DNA from: Candidatus Woesearchaeota archaeon
Lineage (GTDB): Archaea; Nanobdellota; Nanobdellia; Pacearchaeales; UBA12030
DNA: 41,339 nucleotides
NCBI GenBank assembly: GCA_964361585.1
Contig: CAYIBB010000001.1
Location: 36,116-77,454, forward strand
Direction of reading: 5' to 3'
Position 1 is the first letter of the stretch, and each line of letters begins with the position of its first letter. The notes below the pieces were generated by a model. That model was given only the letters and a program-made list of their open reading frames with translations. It was not told the DNA's origin and did not search any database. Positions 31,853 through 41,266 of the stretch are shown here, piece after piece. Position numbers and translations under genes: made by a program.

Positions 31853-33133
31853 CTATTCCATAAGCAACAATTCAGGATCCTCAAGCTGTCTCTTCACTTC
31901 ATTAACAAAACGGGCAACATAAGCTCCGTCCACTACACGATGGTCGAATGACAGCGAGAGAGGGAGGATTTTCCTAATATCTATTTGTCTGTTTATCACT
32001 ACAGGTTTCTCTTGAATTCTCCCCACTCCGAGAATGGCAACTTCTGGATAGTTTATTATTGGTGTCCCGAAAATTCCACCTACGCTACCATAATTTGTTA
32101 TTGTTAAGCTACCACCTCGCAAGTCAGCGAGATCAATTTTTCTCTCTCGAGCGGAATCTGCAAGAGTCTCAATTTCTCTCGCAATTTCTAGAATGCTCTT
32201 TTTGTCCGCTTCTTTTATCACTAGCACAATAAGTCCATCGTTAACATCTACCGCAATTCCTATATTGTAATACTTTTTAACGATAATTTCCTCATGTTCA
32301 TCGTCAAGTGTTGCATTCAACAACGGAAATTCCTTTAGAGCAGCAATAACTGCCTTTACAATGAATGGCAGGAAGGTTAGATGCACTTTCTTCTTTTCGG
32401 CAGCGGCTTTTTCTTTCTCTCTTAGCTTTACAAGTTCAGTAATATCAACTTCTTCCATATGAGTGACATGTGCAGCTCTGTTCAACGATGCTCGCATGTT
32501 CTGCGCAGTGACTTTCCTTATACCCTTAAGAGGAACTCTTTCAATGTAACCATACATATCATACTTTCTCTGAATCTTTATCTCAGCAACCTTCTCTCGA
32601 GGAACTTGCTTTGCAGCATTTCTTACATCAGCCTCTGTAATTCTCCCACCTACTCCTGTCCCTTGAATCTTGGTAATATCCACTCCTAACTCCTTTGCAA
32701 GTCTTCTTGTTGCAGGAGTTGCAAGAACTTTTCCTTCTATCCTTTCTACCTTTATCTGTGGAGTAATTTCCATCTCAGATTCAACTTCCAGAGTTTCAGG
32801 AATTTCTCCCACAACTCCTGTAGAAATCCTTTTCTCTTTAAGAGTGTCTTTCCTGGTTCCCTCTCTTCTGCTCTCCTTAGGTTCCTTAACAACTTCCCCC
32901 TTCTCTCCTATAGTAACAAGAACTTCTCCAACCTTAATGGTATCCCCTTCCTTATGATGTATTCTCAAGACCTTACCAGAGTAGGGTGAGGGTAGCTCAA
33001 CAATCGCCTTGTCAGTCTCAACATCACAAATAATATCATGCTCCTTTACAACATCTCCCTCCTTAACACGCCACTTTATTATCTCACCTTCAGTAATACC
33101 TTCTCCGACATCTGGAAATCTGAATTCTGGCAT
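31853..33133 (-). CDS. 2-oxoacid dehydrogenase complex E2 (dihydrolipoamide acyltransferase)
   Basis: 426 aa. Lipoyl domain with DVETDKA, subunit-binding domain ATPATRRLAKELGVD, and a catalytic domain with SFDHRVVDG. Confidence 0.9.
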   Translation of the reverse strand: MPEFRFPDVGEGITEGEIIKWRVKEGDVVKEHDIICDVETDKAIVELPSPYSGKVLRIHHKEGDTIKVGEVLVTIGEKGEVVKEPKESRREGTRKDTLKEKRISTGVVGEIPETLEVESEMEITPQIKVERIEGKVLATPATRRLAKELGVDITKIQGTGVGGRITEADVRNAAKQVPREKVAEIKIQRKYDMYGYIERVPLKGIRKVTAQNMRASLNRAAHVTHMEEVDITELVKLREKEKAAAEKKKVHLTFLPFIVKAVIAALKEFPLLNATLDDEHEEIIVKKYYNIGIAVDVNDGLIVLVIKEADKKSILEIAREIETLADSARERKIDLADLRGGSLTITNYGSVGGIFGTPIINYPEVAILGVGRIQEKPVVINRQIDIRKILPLSLSFDHRVVDGAYVARFVNEVKRQLEDPELLLME

Positions 33134-33146
33134 TTTCCTCTTTTAT
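33131..33146 (-). promoter_or_regulatory. Conserved translation-initiation region ATAAAAGAGGAAAATG (copy at E2 start)
   Basis: Exact 16-mer shared with 36528-36543 and 38024-38039. GAGGA lies 4 nt upstream of the ATG. Confidence 0.6.
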
Positions 33147-33312
33147 ATGAATTTAAAACTATCTTACTTCATTCATCGTATCGAGCTAATTTAAATTTTA
33201 TGTGGTAATATTAAAATGATATCAATATTAACTCTTAAAAGTTATTTAAAATAAACCGGGCTTTCATTAAATAAATATTTAAATCTTTTTGTCATTTATC
33301 CTTTAGGTTAAG

Positions 33313-34044
33313 ATGGGAGCAAATAAAATTTTAGTAGTGCCGACAGTAGCTTTATTTGAATCAATACCTCACTTTCATGGGTTTAAAGCAGCTAATAGCT
33401 CTGAATTAGATAAATTAGAAGTAGTAATAAGAAGTCATGGTGAGTGGAAGGAAAGACTTTATGATGGGGACTCAAAAATAGAACATGATTTTACTTATAA
33501 GCAAATAATCCCCTATGGTGTTATTATTACTAATGACAATGACGCGTTAAAAATATTATTATACCCTAGAGAAAAAGGCAGTGGAGATTCAAGATTATGG
33601 GGAAAAACATCCATTGGTATAGGTGGTCATATAGAGTCTCAAGACTCGATAAATCTTAGACCAGAATATTTAGAGAGAAAATTAAAAGAATCCATAGAAA
33701 GAGAAATAAAGGAAGAGATTACCGCTAGTAAATATGGAGATTTCTCCTTTTTAGGTTTTCTTAATGATGATACACAGCCAATTACTGAAGAAAATTTCAT
33801 TTACGGTGATAGTGAAGAGGGTAATTCTGGGAGGGTCGAAGGCGTGGGAGTTCCGATAGGTTATGTTCATTTTGGTTTAGTTTATTTGCTTAAAGTAAGC
33901 CCAGATGTTAAAACAGTTGAAGCGCACCAAAAAAAGTTTAAATTAATAACCCTAGATGAAATTGGCAGCTATATACCCACTATGGAAACTTGGTCTAGAA
34001 TTTTAGCGCCTGAAATTAAAAGGTTATATGGCGGATTCTTTTAA
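33313..34044 (+). CDS. Nudix-family (YmaB/COG4112-like) phosphoesterase
   Basis: 243 aa. YKQIIPYGVII...SRLWGKTSIGIGGHIES...ESIEREIKEEI has a Nudix-box-like GGH..E...REI.EE pattern. Assignment is by recall. Confidence 0.5.
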   Translation: MGANKILVVPTVALFESIPHFHGFKAANSSELDKLEVVIRSHGEWKERLYDGDSKIEHDFTYKQIIPYGVIITNDNDALKILLYPREKGSGDSRLWGKTSIGIGGHIESQDSINLRPEYLERKLKESIEREIKEEITASKYGDFSFLGFLNDDTQPITEENFIYGDSEEGNSGRVEGVGVPIGYVHFGLVYLLKVSPDVKTVEAHQKKFKLITLDEIGSYIPTMETWSRILAPEIKRLYGGFF

Positions 34045-34089
34045 GTATTAATTACTCTTTTGGGCATAACCATTAATTAGCACTTCTAA

Positions 34090-34424
34090 TTAACTCTTAG
34101 CTCTTTCATAAGCTTCTTTTAGAAGCTTTAATGCAACTCTCACTTCTGCACTTGTATGAAGGTTGTAGATCAACCATTCTGAAGAATAAGGATTTTTGCT
34201 CCGCCTTTTATTTTGTTATATCTCTTATAAGGCAATCTAAAATCAAGTTCGTTAGGATTGTGAAAATGTGCAAATTCTTCTTTACTTACAAAGAATGCCT
34301 TTATGTAGCTGTAATTGCTGTACTTTTCCTTAACACCAGGCCAACTCAGAACCTTTTTCCTAATATTCTCATTGGTGCCTCCTTTCTTCCCAAAATTTGA
34401 AATTTTTTTCATGAAACTTTTCAT
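34090..34424 (-). pseudogene. Small conserved protein (luciferase-domain/DUF5519-like, tentative) disrupted by a frameshift
   Basis: The track ORF 34170..34424 ends ...KGGAKILILQNG*. A different frame continues EWLIYNLHTSAEVRVALKLLKEAYERAKS* to 34090. Adding one A to the A5 run (plus T5 at 34193-34197) gives ...GGAKNPYSSEWLIYNLHTSAEV.... The start abuts the E1beta stop. Confidence 0.45.
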
Positions 34425-34425
34425 T

Positions 34426-35391
34426 TTAGTAACTCATAACTTTTTTTATTCCCCAAACAATCCTTTGAACATTAGGAAGATAGTAATCCTCGAGCTTGTA
34501 AAGAGGCATAATCGTGTCGAATCCAGTAACCCTGACAAGTGGGGCTTCAAGGTAGAGAATGTCCCTGTCAGAAAGTAATGCAGCAAGTTCTGCTCCAAGT
34601 CCACAAGTCTTAGGAGCCTCATGAACTATCAATGCCCTCCCGGTTTTTTTCACGCTATCGAGAATCGTTCTCAAGTCTAGTGGTGAAAGAGTTCTTAAGT
34701 CAACAATTTCAGCATCAACTTTTGTTTGTTGCACAGCTTGTTCACATAAGGGTCTCATGGCACCCCAACAAAATATAGTGAGATCATTGCCTTTTTTCCA
34801 TACTCTTGCCTTCTCAAGCGAAATAGTGTATTCTTTTTCAGGAACATCTTCTTTAATTGCACGGTAGATTTTTTTAGGTTCCATAAAAATTACAGGATCA
34901 GGATCTCGAATTGCCGAAATGAGTAACCCCTTTGCATCGTATGGAGATGAGGGAACTACTACCTTTAACCCAGGTGTATGACATAGTAATGCTTCAGTAC
35001 TCTCAGAATGATGTTCAGGAGCATGAATTCCACCTGAGTAAGGAAATCGTACAACTAAAGGCACGCTAAAACGTCCTCTTGATCTTGTTCTAATTCGAGC
35101 AGCATGACTAATAAGTTGATCGAAAGCAGGAGGCATGAAACCCTCAAATTGAAGTTCTACCACAGGACGAAGTCCATAAACAGCCATGCCTATAGCAGTC
35201 CCAACAATTGCAACCTCTGCAAGTGGGGTATCAATAACACGTGAAGGAAACTTTTCATAAAGTCCTTCAGTAACTCTGAAGACACCTCCATCCTTTCCTA
35301 TATCTTCCCCTAGAAGCACTACTCGAGAATCTTTCTGCATTTCTTGCTTAAGTGCAAGATTAATTGCCTGCACAATATTCATTGTTGTCAT
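34426..35391 (-). CDS. 2-oxoacid dehydrogenase E1 component, beta subunit
   Basis: 321 aa with a transketolase-like pyrimidine-binding and C-terminal domain pattern (VLLGEDIGKDGGVFRVT...). It starts 2 nt after the E1alpha stop. Confidence 0.9.
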   Translation of the reverse strand: MTTMNIVQAINLALKQEMQKDSRVVLLGEDIGKDGGVFRVTEGLYEKFPSRVIDTPLAEVAIVGTAIGMAVYGLRPVVELQFEGFMPPAFDQLISHAARIRTRSRGRFSVPLVVRFPYSGGIHAPEHHSESTEALLCHTPGLKVVVPSSPYDAKGLLISAIRDPDPVIFMEPKKIYRAIKEDVPEKEYTISLEKARVWKKGNDLTIFCWGAMRPLCEQAVQQTKVDAEIVDLRTLSPLDLRTILDSVKKTGRALIVHEAPKTCGLGAELAALLSDRDILYLEAPLVRVTGFDTIMPLYKLEDYYLPNVQRIVWGIKKVMSY

Positions 35392-35393
35392 TT

Positions 35394-36530
35394 TTACTTT
35401 GATTTTTTAGATTCTTCTCTTGAACTCAAAACTTCCTTTAGTTCAGCAAGCTGCTCTTGCAAATTCCAAGGCAGCTTCTCAAAAGTGAATTTGAAAATAT
35501 CCTCGTAACTTTCAGGAGGAGTAGCAAGATATTTCTTCACGGCATCATCAACCTTCTTTTGTGCCTCACTTAAGACTTTCTTTTCGTATGCTTCGCTCCA
35601 GAGCTTTTTACCCTTCATATACTTCTGCAGCCTTGTTATGGGATCTTTTTTCTTCCATTCTTCTAATTCCTTTTTAGATCGGTAACGAGATGCATCATCC
35701 GCAGTTGTATGATCACCTAATCTGTAAGTGTAAGCCTCAATAAGTGTAGGACCTTCTCCTCCTCTTGCTTTTTCTACCGCGTACTTAGATGCTGCGTAAA
35801 CTGCAAAAACATCATTACCATCAACCTGAATTCCTTCAATCTCGTAAGCTATGGCTTTCTGTGCCAAAGTTTTTGAGGCACTTTGCCTTTCTCTAGGCAC
35901 ACTTATAGCATATTGATTATTTTGACAAAGAAAGATACAAGGAATTTTAAAGACGCCTGCAAAATTTAGTGCCTCATGGAAATCTCCTTTACTTGTGGCA
36001 CCATCACCAAAATAAACTAAAGAAATAACATTTTTCTTTTTCATTTTTGCGGCCCATGCAAATCCTACAGCATATGGAATCTGCGTGCCTACTGGAATAC
36101 TGACTGTGAATGCATTTACATTCTTAGGAATACTTTCGCCGCGTTCATCACCACCCCAATATTGCAGAATCATGTGCATCGGCATTCCTTTTACTATGTA
36201 GGCGGCGTGCTCTCTAAATGCTGGGAAAATCCAATCATCTTTTCTCAATGCAAAAGCACTTCCGACTTGCGCAGCTTCTTGCCCTCTAACTGAAGCATAA
36301 GTTCCTAGTCTACCTTCTCTCTGGAGTTTCAGCGCAGCCTCGTCAAAGAGCTTTGTAAGCATCATATATTCGTAAAATTTCTTTATATCCTGAGAAGAGA
36401 TTTTTGGTAATTTACCTTTTAATTTTCCATTCTCATCCAAAATCTGCAAATACAGAATTTCATATTTTGCTATAACTCTTGTTCCTTTAAGTTTAGTTTC
36501 GCTTTTCTCATTTTTTGATTTAGAACCCAT
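35394..36530 (-). CDS. 2-oxoacid dehydrogenase E1 component, alpha subunit (TPP-binding)
   Basis: 378 aa. TPP motif GDGATSKGDFHEALNFAGVFKIPCIFLCQNN. Confidence 0.9.
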   Translation of the reverse strand: MGSKSKNEKSETKLKGTRVIAKYEILYLQILDENGKLKGKLPKISSQDIKKFYEYMMLTKLFDEAALKLQREGRLGTYASVRGQEAAQVGSAFALRKDDWIFPAFREHAAYIVKGMPMHMILQYWGGDERGESIPKNVNAFTVSIPVGTQIPYAVGFAWAAKMKKKNVISLVYFGDGATSKGDFHEALNFAGVFKIPCIFLCQNNQYAISVPRERQSASKTLAQKAIAYEIEGIQVDGNDVFAVYAASKYAVEKARGGEGPTLIEAYTYRLGDHTTADDASRYRSKKELEEWKKKDPITRLQKYMKGKKLWSEAYEKKVLSEAQKKVDDAVKKYLATPPESYEDIFKFTFEKLPWNLQEQLAELKEVLSSREESKKSK

Positions 36531-36543
36531 TTTCCTCTTTTAT
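36528..36543 (-). promoter_or_regulatory. Conserved translation-initiation region ATAAAAGAGGAAAATG (copy at E1alpha start)
   Basis: Exact 16-mer repeat. Confidence 0.6.
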
Positions 36544-36585
36544 AAGTACTAATTAAGACAAATAATTTAAGAATAAAAAACTTTC

Positions 36586-36876
36586 CTATTTACCTAAAGC
36601 CCACCTCTTGAATTCTTCATAAGGAACAGCTCCACAAATCCATTTCTTTGTTTTTGTGTTGAAGAAAAATGGCACGCCTCCGCAGTAGCCTTTATCATAT
36701 TGTTGCATCAATTTTGCATTGGCTGCATTATGCCACACCTCAATTCCCCTCACTTTAAGTTTAGTTTCTCTTTCTAGTCTTACAATCAGAGGCTCCATAC
36801 TTTTACAATGAACACACTCAGTCCCATAAAATCCAAGCAATTCTCCTAATGTAGATTTTTTACCTTCTTTTGGCAT
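36586..36876 (-). CDS. Thioredoxin/glutaredoxin-like small redox protein
   Basis: 96 aa. CxxC motif in YGTECVHCKSMEP. The start overlaps the 3' end of the upstream dehydrogenase gene by 17 nt. Confidence 0.65.
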   Translation of the reverse strand: MPKEGKKSTLGELLGFYGTECVHCKSMEPLIVRLERETKLKVRGIEVWHNAANAKLMQQYDKGYCGGVPFFFNTKTKKWICGAVPYEEFKRWALGK

Positions 36877-38026
36877 CTTTAGTCATTCCTTTTTTCTTCA
36901 TAGCTTCCTTTACTCTTTTAACTGCAATTTTCATTGCCGCATCCCGGGGTTTTATTCTATCTTTTTCTGCTTCTTTTAAGACAATTCTTACATTTTTAGT
37001 AACCTTTTCCTCGACCAGAGAAAACATATCTTTTGGATTCTTTCCAAGATATTCAGCGTAAGAAGAAATTACACCGCCGGCATTTGCCACGAAGTCAGGA
37101 ACTACTAAGATTCCTTTTTTGTGAAGCATTCCCTCAATTTCTGGAGTTGTTGGAATATTAGAGCCTTCCACTATAAGCTTTGCTTTAATTTTTTTAACAT
37201 CTTCCCTCTTTATGAGGTCAGGAATTGCAGCAGTTACTAAAATATCCACATCAAGCGGAATAATGTCTTTACTTTCCTTTATTACCCTGCCAGACCCATA
37301 GGCAGTTACAGTTCCTTTCTCTTTCTTAACTTTCATTAATCTTTTATACTCTAGTCCCTTATCATTATAAATAATACCTTTAGAATCAGAAACCGCAACC
37401 ACTTTAGTCTCCTTACTTAAATACTCCATTGCGAAAGTTCCTACATTTCCGAAACCTTCTATTGCTACACTTGCCTTTCTTAGATCGAGGCCAGCAAAAG
37501 GGGCAGCAATTTTTGTAGCATGATACACACCAAAGCCTGTACTTCCAAATTCGTGAGGAATGCCACATTTTTCTCCTTTCTTACCGAAAAGCCTCATACA
37601 CATACTAGATGGCTTTCCAGTGCAAGAATGCCAATCCCCATTCGCATCAGCAAACCATCTCATTTCTTGTTCTCCTGTATTCATGTCAGGACCTGCCACA
37701 TAATAGCTAGGGCAAATTGGCTTAATTGCTCTCGAGAAAGATTCTACAATTCCCTTCTTCTTTTCCTCAGAGATATTGCGATCGTCTGCCACTATGCCTG
37801 CCTTAGCTCCTCCAAAAGGCAAGTCAGCAAGAGCATTTTTCCATGTCATTGTACGAGCGAGGCTTGCAACTTCATCTATAGTAACTGTTGGAGTCATTCT
37901 TATTCCTCCCTTTCCAACTCCCAGCGCAGAATTGTCAACTACAACAAAACCATGCATACCTGATTTATGATCATACACCTCGAATATCTTTTCAGGACCA
38001 AACTCATCAAAAATTAGTGTTCTCAT
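36860..38026 (-). CDS. Glu/Leu/Phe/Val-family amino-acid dehydrogenase
   Basis: 388 aa. GKGGIRM, LPFGGAKAGI (catalytic Lys region) and the Rossmann motif GFGNVG. Substrate specificity cannot be assigned by eye. Confidence 0.85.
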   Translation of the reverse strand: MRTLIFDEFGPEKIFEVYDHKSGMHGFVVVDNSALGVGKGGIRMTPTVTIDEVASLARTMTWKNALADLPFGGAKAGIVADDRNISEEKKKGIVESFSRAIKPICPSYYVAGPDMNTGEQEMRWFADANGDWHSCTGKPSSMCMRLFGKKGEKCGIPHEFGSTGFGVYHATKIAAPFAGLDLRKASVAIEGFGNVGTFAMEYLSKETKVVAVSDSKGIIYNDKGLEYKRLMKVKKEKGTVTAYGSGRVIKESKDIIPLDVDILVTAAIPDLIKREDVKKIKAKLIVEGSNIPTTPEIEGMLHKKGILVVPDFVANAGGVISSYAEYLGKNPKDMFSLVEEKVTKNVRIVLKEAEKDRIKPRDAAMKIAVKRVKEAMKKKGMTKDAKRR

Positions 38027-38039
38027 TTTCCTCTTTTAT
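38024..38039 (-). promoter_or_regulatory. Conserved translation-initiation region ATAAAAGAGGAAAATG (copy at dehydrogenase start)
   Basis: Exact 16-mer repeat. A near copy (TAAAAGAGGAAAATATG) precedes the antiporter start at 30161. Confidence 0.6.
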
Positions 38040-38075
38040 TACTAAAGTACTATGAGTTCTATTTAAAATTTTTCT

Positions 38076-38333
38076 TTAAATGATTTTTTCTCCAGTGTCT
38101 AAATTAATTATATGAATTACAATTACAGGACAGCTTTGTGCAGCTTCAAACATTTCCTCGAAGTCTGTATCATCAATCTCTAAAATATACTCCTCTTTGC
38201 CTTCAACTTTTTCTGAGCCTATAAGATTAGCTTTTCCATCCTCAACCATCTTCCAATATTTCGGGCTTACAGCTGCACACGCAGCAGCTCCTATACACCC
38301 TTCTCTATCGTAAATAATTTTGTAACGTGTCAT
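38076..38333 (-). CDS. Small single-cluster ferredoxin
   Basis: 85 aa with CIGAAACAAV ... AAQSCPV, a mono-cluster Fe-S ferredoxin pattern. Confidence 0.65.
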   Translation of the reverse strand: MTRYKIIYDREGCIGAAACAAVSPKYWKMVEDGKANLIGSEKVEGKEEYILEIDDTDFEEMFEAAQSCPVIVIHIINLDTGEKII

Positions 38334-38376
38334 ATAAAGAATAGAATGAATAAACTTTTATTTTTATCTTTTCTAC

Positions 38377-39870
38377 CTATCTCCACTCCCTTAAAAGTTT
38401 TAGAATGAGCCTTACTCCGTAACCTGTTGCTCCTTTTCTTTGGTAAGATGCCGGCCTTTCATTATTTCTCCATGCAGTTCCAGCTATGTCCAAGTGCGCC
38501 CATGCTGTTTTTTCTGGAATGAAATTTGCCAAGTATGCAGCACCAGTAATTACTCCTGCCTCTCCTCCCTTACCTCTGCCTAGATTTCGAATGTCAGCTA
38601 CATCACCCTTAATGAGTTCCTTATATTCATCATAGAAAGGAAGTTCCCATACACGCTCGTAGGTGTAATTTCCTGCTTTTGCGAGTTTTTGCGTAAGTTC
38701 TTTATTATTTCCTACTAACCCAGAAGCTTCATAGCCAAGAGCAATTATGCAAGCTCCTGTCAATGTTGCGAAGTCAATTATTGCACTTGGTTTGAATCTC
38801 GCAGAATATGCTAGAGCATCAGCGAGTACTACGCGACCTTCTGCATCCGTAGTTATTATTTCGGCAGTTTTTTTATTCATGTATCTCACAATATCTCCCG
38901 GCCTAAATGCAGTTCCACTTGGCATATTCTCACAGATAGGGCAGAGTCCTATTAAATTAACCTTCAGCTTGAGCTCAGAGACAGCCTTGAAAATTCCTAG
39001 AACTGTACAAGCTCCAGCCTTATCCATTTTCATATCAAGCATTCCTTCAAAGGGCTTTAGATCGAGTCCGCCAGAATCAAAAGTGATTCCTTTCCCTACA
39101 AGGCACAGAGGAGCTCCAAATCCTTTTTTATACTCGAGCACAACAAATCGAGGTTCGAGGGAAGATCCCTTAGAGACCGAAAGAATCCCGTTCATGCCTA
39201 GCCTTTTTATCTCCCCTTTACCAAAGACTGTAACCTTAAATTTATTTTTCTTCCCTAATCTTTTAGCTTCATCAGCAAGATTTGCAGGAGTCATATCCTC
39301 TGAAGGCATATTAACAAAATCTCGAACATAGCAGACTGCATTAGCACCAATTTCTGCCTCTTTCATTGCTTTTAGGTTCTCTGAGTTATTCTTAGCTGCC
39401 AATATAATCTCATCAACTCCTCGAGTTTTTTCTCTATCAACTGTTTTATACTTATTAAAATCATAAAGCGCAAGTATCACAGATTCAGTGGATGCGAAGA
39501 TCTTTTCCACTTCGCTAGTGTTTTTTATTTCTTCCTTATTCAATAATAAAGTAAGTTTTTCAGCCAAATAACCTTTAGCTAATTTTGCTGCTAATGCGCA
39601 ACCCTTCCTTAACTTTTCAATATCAAAGTCATTTTTCTTCCCTAAGCCAATAAGAAGTACATTCTTTGCATTTATTTTTTCACTCGCCAAGATCCTCGTT
39701 TGTCCAAAGAAGCCCTTAAATTCTCCTTTTTTCTTCAAATTTTTAATTATTCCTTTCAACACAAGATCTGATTCATTACTACCTTTACTTTCGTAATCCT
39801 CAAAAATCCCCAGAGCGAGTATATCTGACTCTATTCTTCTAAAATTTACATCCTCAATTTTTATTTTCAT
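38377..39870 (-). CDS. pepA: Leucyl aminopeptidase (M17)
   Basis: 497 aa with VGKGITFDSGG and TTDAEGRVVLADAL, the M17 metal-site motifs. Confidence 0.9.
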   Translation of the reverse strand: MKIKIEDVNFRRIESDILALGIFEDYESKGSNESDLVLKGIIKNLKKKGEFKGFFGQTRILASEKINAKNVLLIGLGKKNDFDIEKLRKGCALAAKLAKGYLAEKLTLLLNKEEIKNTSEVEKIFASTESVILALYDFNKYKTVDREKTRGVDEIILAAKNNSENLKAMKEAEIGANAVCYVRDFVNMPSEDMTPANLADEAKRLGKKNKFKVTVFGKGEIKRLGMNGILSVSKGSSLEPRFVVLEYKKGFGAPLCLVGKGITFDSGGLDLKPFEGMLDMKMDKAGACTVLGIFKAVSELKLKVNLIGLCPICENMPSGTAFRPGDIVRYMNKKTAEIITTDAEGRVVLADALAYSARFKPSAIIDFATLTGACIIALGYEASGLVGNNKELTQKLAKAGNYTYERVWELPFYDEYKELIKGDVADIRNLGRGKGGEAGVITGAAYLANFIPEKTAWAHLDIAGTAWRNNERPASYQRKGATGYGVRLILKLLREWR

Positions 39871-40700
39871 CTTCTCTCATACTCTTTTTTCACAAGCAAA
39901 GCATCCTCTTCGATATTGGGGCTCTCACTTATTACAATTCCTTCAATTTTAAAATCTTTCCACACTTTACATAAGTCCTTGTAATTGAAGTCGCTTTCCT
40001 TTAAGTTAAGGTGATGTTTCTCTCCTTTATCACTGTAGGCTATTCCTGTAATATGAATGTGCATACTTTTAAGGGCTTCCTTCCCAAGTCCTTTCTCTAG
40101 CTGTTCAAAAATATTCACAAATTCATCATACTTATTATAATCTCCAATGGCCCTTGCATGTAAATGAGCGAAGTCTATGCATGGCATCACTTGATCTACT
40201 TCTTGACTTAGCTTTATGAGCTCATTAAGATCACCGAACTGCGAAACTCGTCCGGAAATTTCGGGCCTTATCCAAATCTTTATGTCCTCATCCTTTAGAG
40301 TTCTTATAATTTCTTTAACACCAATTTTAATTTTCTCATATGTTTGTTCTTTACCCTTTTTCATGTAATAGCCTGCATGGAATGCTACGCTTTGCGCACC
40401 ACACAAAAAGGAAATTCTAGCAGAATTTACAATGTAAGATACAGAGGCGTGATAAGTTTTCTTTTCCTCTGAGTTGAGATTTATGAAGTAAGGAGCATGG
40501 CATGTTAATGTTATACTGTTTTGTTCAGCTACTCTTTTGACTTCGGGAGCCCTTTCTTTTTTAATGTTAATGGCCCTAACAAATTCTAGCTCCATACAAT
40601 CGAGGCCGAGTTTTCTTACCCACTCAATTCCCCTTTCTGTGCTAGTACCCTTAGCAGAAACAGGAATTCCCGCAGTTCCGAAAAGAAGTTTATTCATCAA
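39867..40700 (-). CDS. nfo: Endonuclease IV (AP endonuclease family 2, TIM barrel)
   Basis: 277 aa with HAPYFINL, FHAGYY, DFAHLHA and HIHITG. Its stop overlaps the pepA start as ATGA. Confidence 0.85.
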   Translation of the reverse strand: MMNKLLFGTAGIPVSAKGTSTERGIEWVRKLGLDCMELEFVRAINIKKERAPEVKRVAEQNSITLTCHAPYFINLNSEEKKTYHASVSYIVNSARISFLCGAQSVAFHAGYYMKKGKEQTYEKIKIGVKEIIRTLKDEDIKIWIRPEISGRVSQFGDLNELIKLSQEVDQVMPCIDFAHLHARAIGDYNKYDEFVNIFEQLEKGLGKEALKSMHIHITGIAYSDKGEKHHLNLKESDFNYKDLCKVWKDFKIEGIVISESPNIEEDALLVKKEYERR

Positions 40701-40747
40701 AATGTGAGAATAGTTAATTTTAAATATTTTTTAATCATGATAGTTAG

Positions 40748-41164
40748 ATGGCCGAAGGAGTGTACAATGAATCAATTGGGAATAAGAGATATGATTTCTA
40801 TGCCCGGTTAAAAGAAGAATATCCGGATCGCAAAGAATTAATAGATGGTTATCAAAGACTTCATGAATCCTTGGATAACCATTTTAGTCCTAATGGAAAT
40901 ACAACTTCAGTAGACGAATTGAGATTGGATTCTATTAAAAGTTCTGAATTAGCAACCGCTCGAGGAACTTTACTAATAATTTTGGGTCACTCATATTTAG
41001 ATCCTAGGTCAAGCGAAGTTGTGGCATGCGTAGCAGAATATTATAAAGCAGAATCTACAGAGCTAAGTGAAAGGGTAAGGCTTTTATCCTCTTTAGAAGC
41101 CCTTAAACCAAGCTTAAAGGAAAGAGTATTTAGATGGTTTAGACGAAGGTTACAGAGATATTAG
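40748..41164 (+). CDS. Hypothetical protein
   Basis: 138-aa ORF with no recognisable motif. Confidence 0.45.
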   Translation: MAEGVYNESIGNKRYDFYARLKEEYPDRKELIDGYQRLHESLDNHFSPNGNTTSVDELRLDSIKSSELATARGTLLIILGHSYLDPRSSEVVACVAEYYKAESTELSERVRLLSSLEALKPSLKERVFRWFRRRLQRY

Positions 41165-41266
41165 ATCTCAAGCTAATTTTAGTTATATACGCTGATAGAG
41201 TGAAAGTTTGGCGGGGGTGATAACTCCAACCAAAACTCTTATATATTTTCTCTTTCTAAATTAACT

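Noticed and set aside
34131-34578. Plus-strand ORFs 34131..34400 and 34315..34578
   Set aside because: They are antisense to the E1beta 3' end and to the frameshifted small gene, and their sequences are low-complexity.
38747-39331. 194-aa plus-strand ORF inside pepA
   Set aside because: It is antisense to a confidently identified M17 aminopeptidase. The same reasoning rejects 29158..29598 (antiporter), 37520..37963 and 37776..37970 (dehydrogenase), 15687..16037 (DP2), 20065..20364 (3D protein), 20883..21348 (TrmB), 32459..33194 (E2), and other short antisense ORFs in the track.
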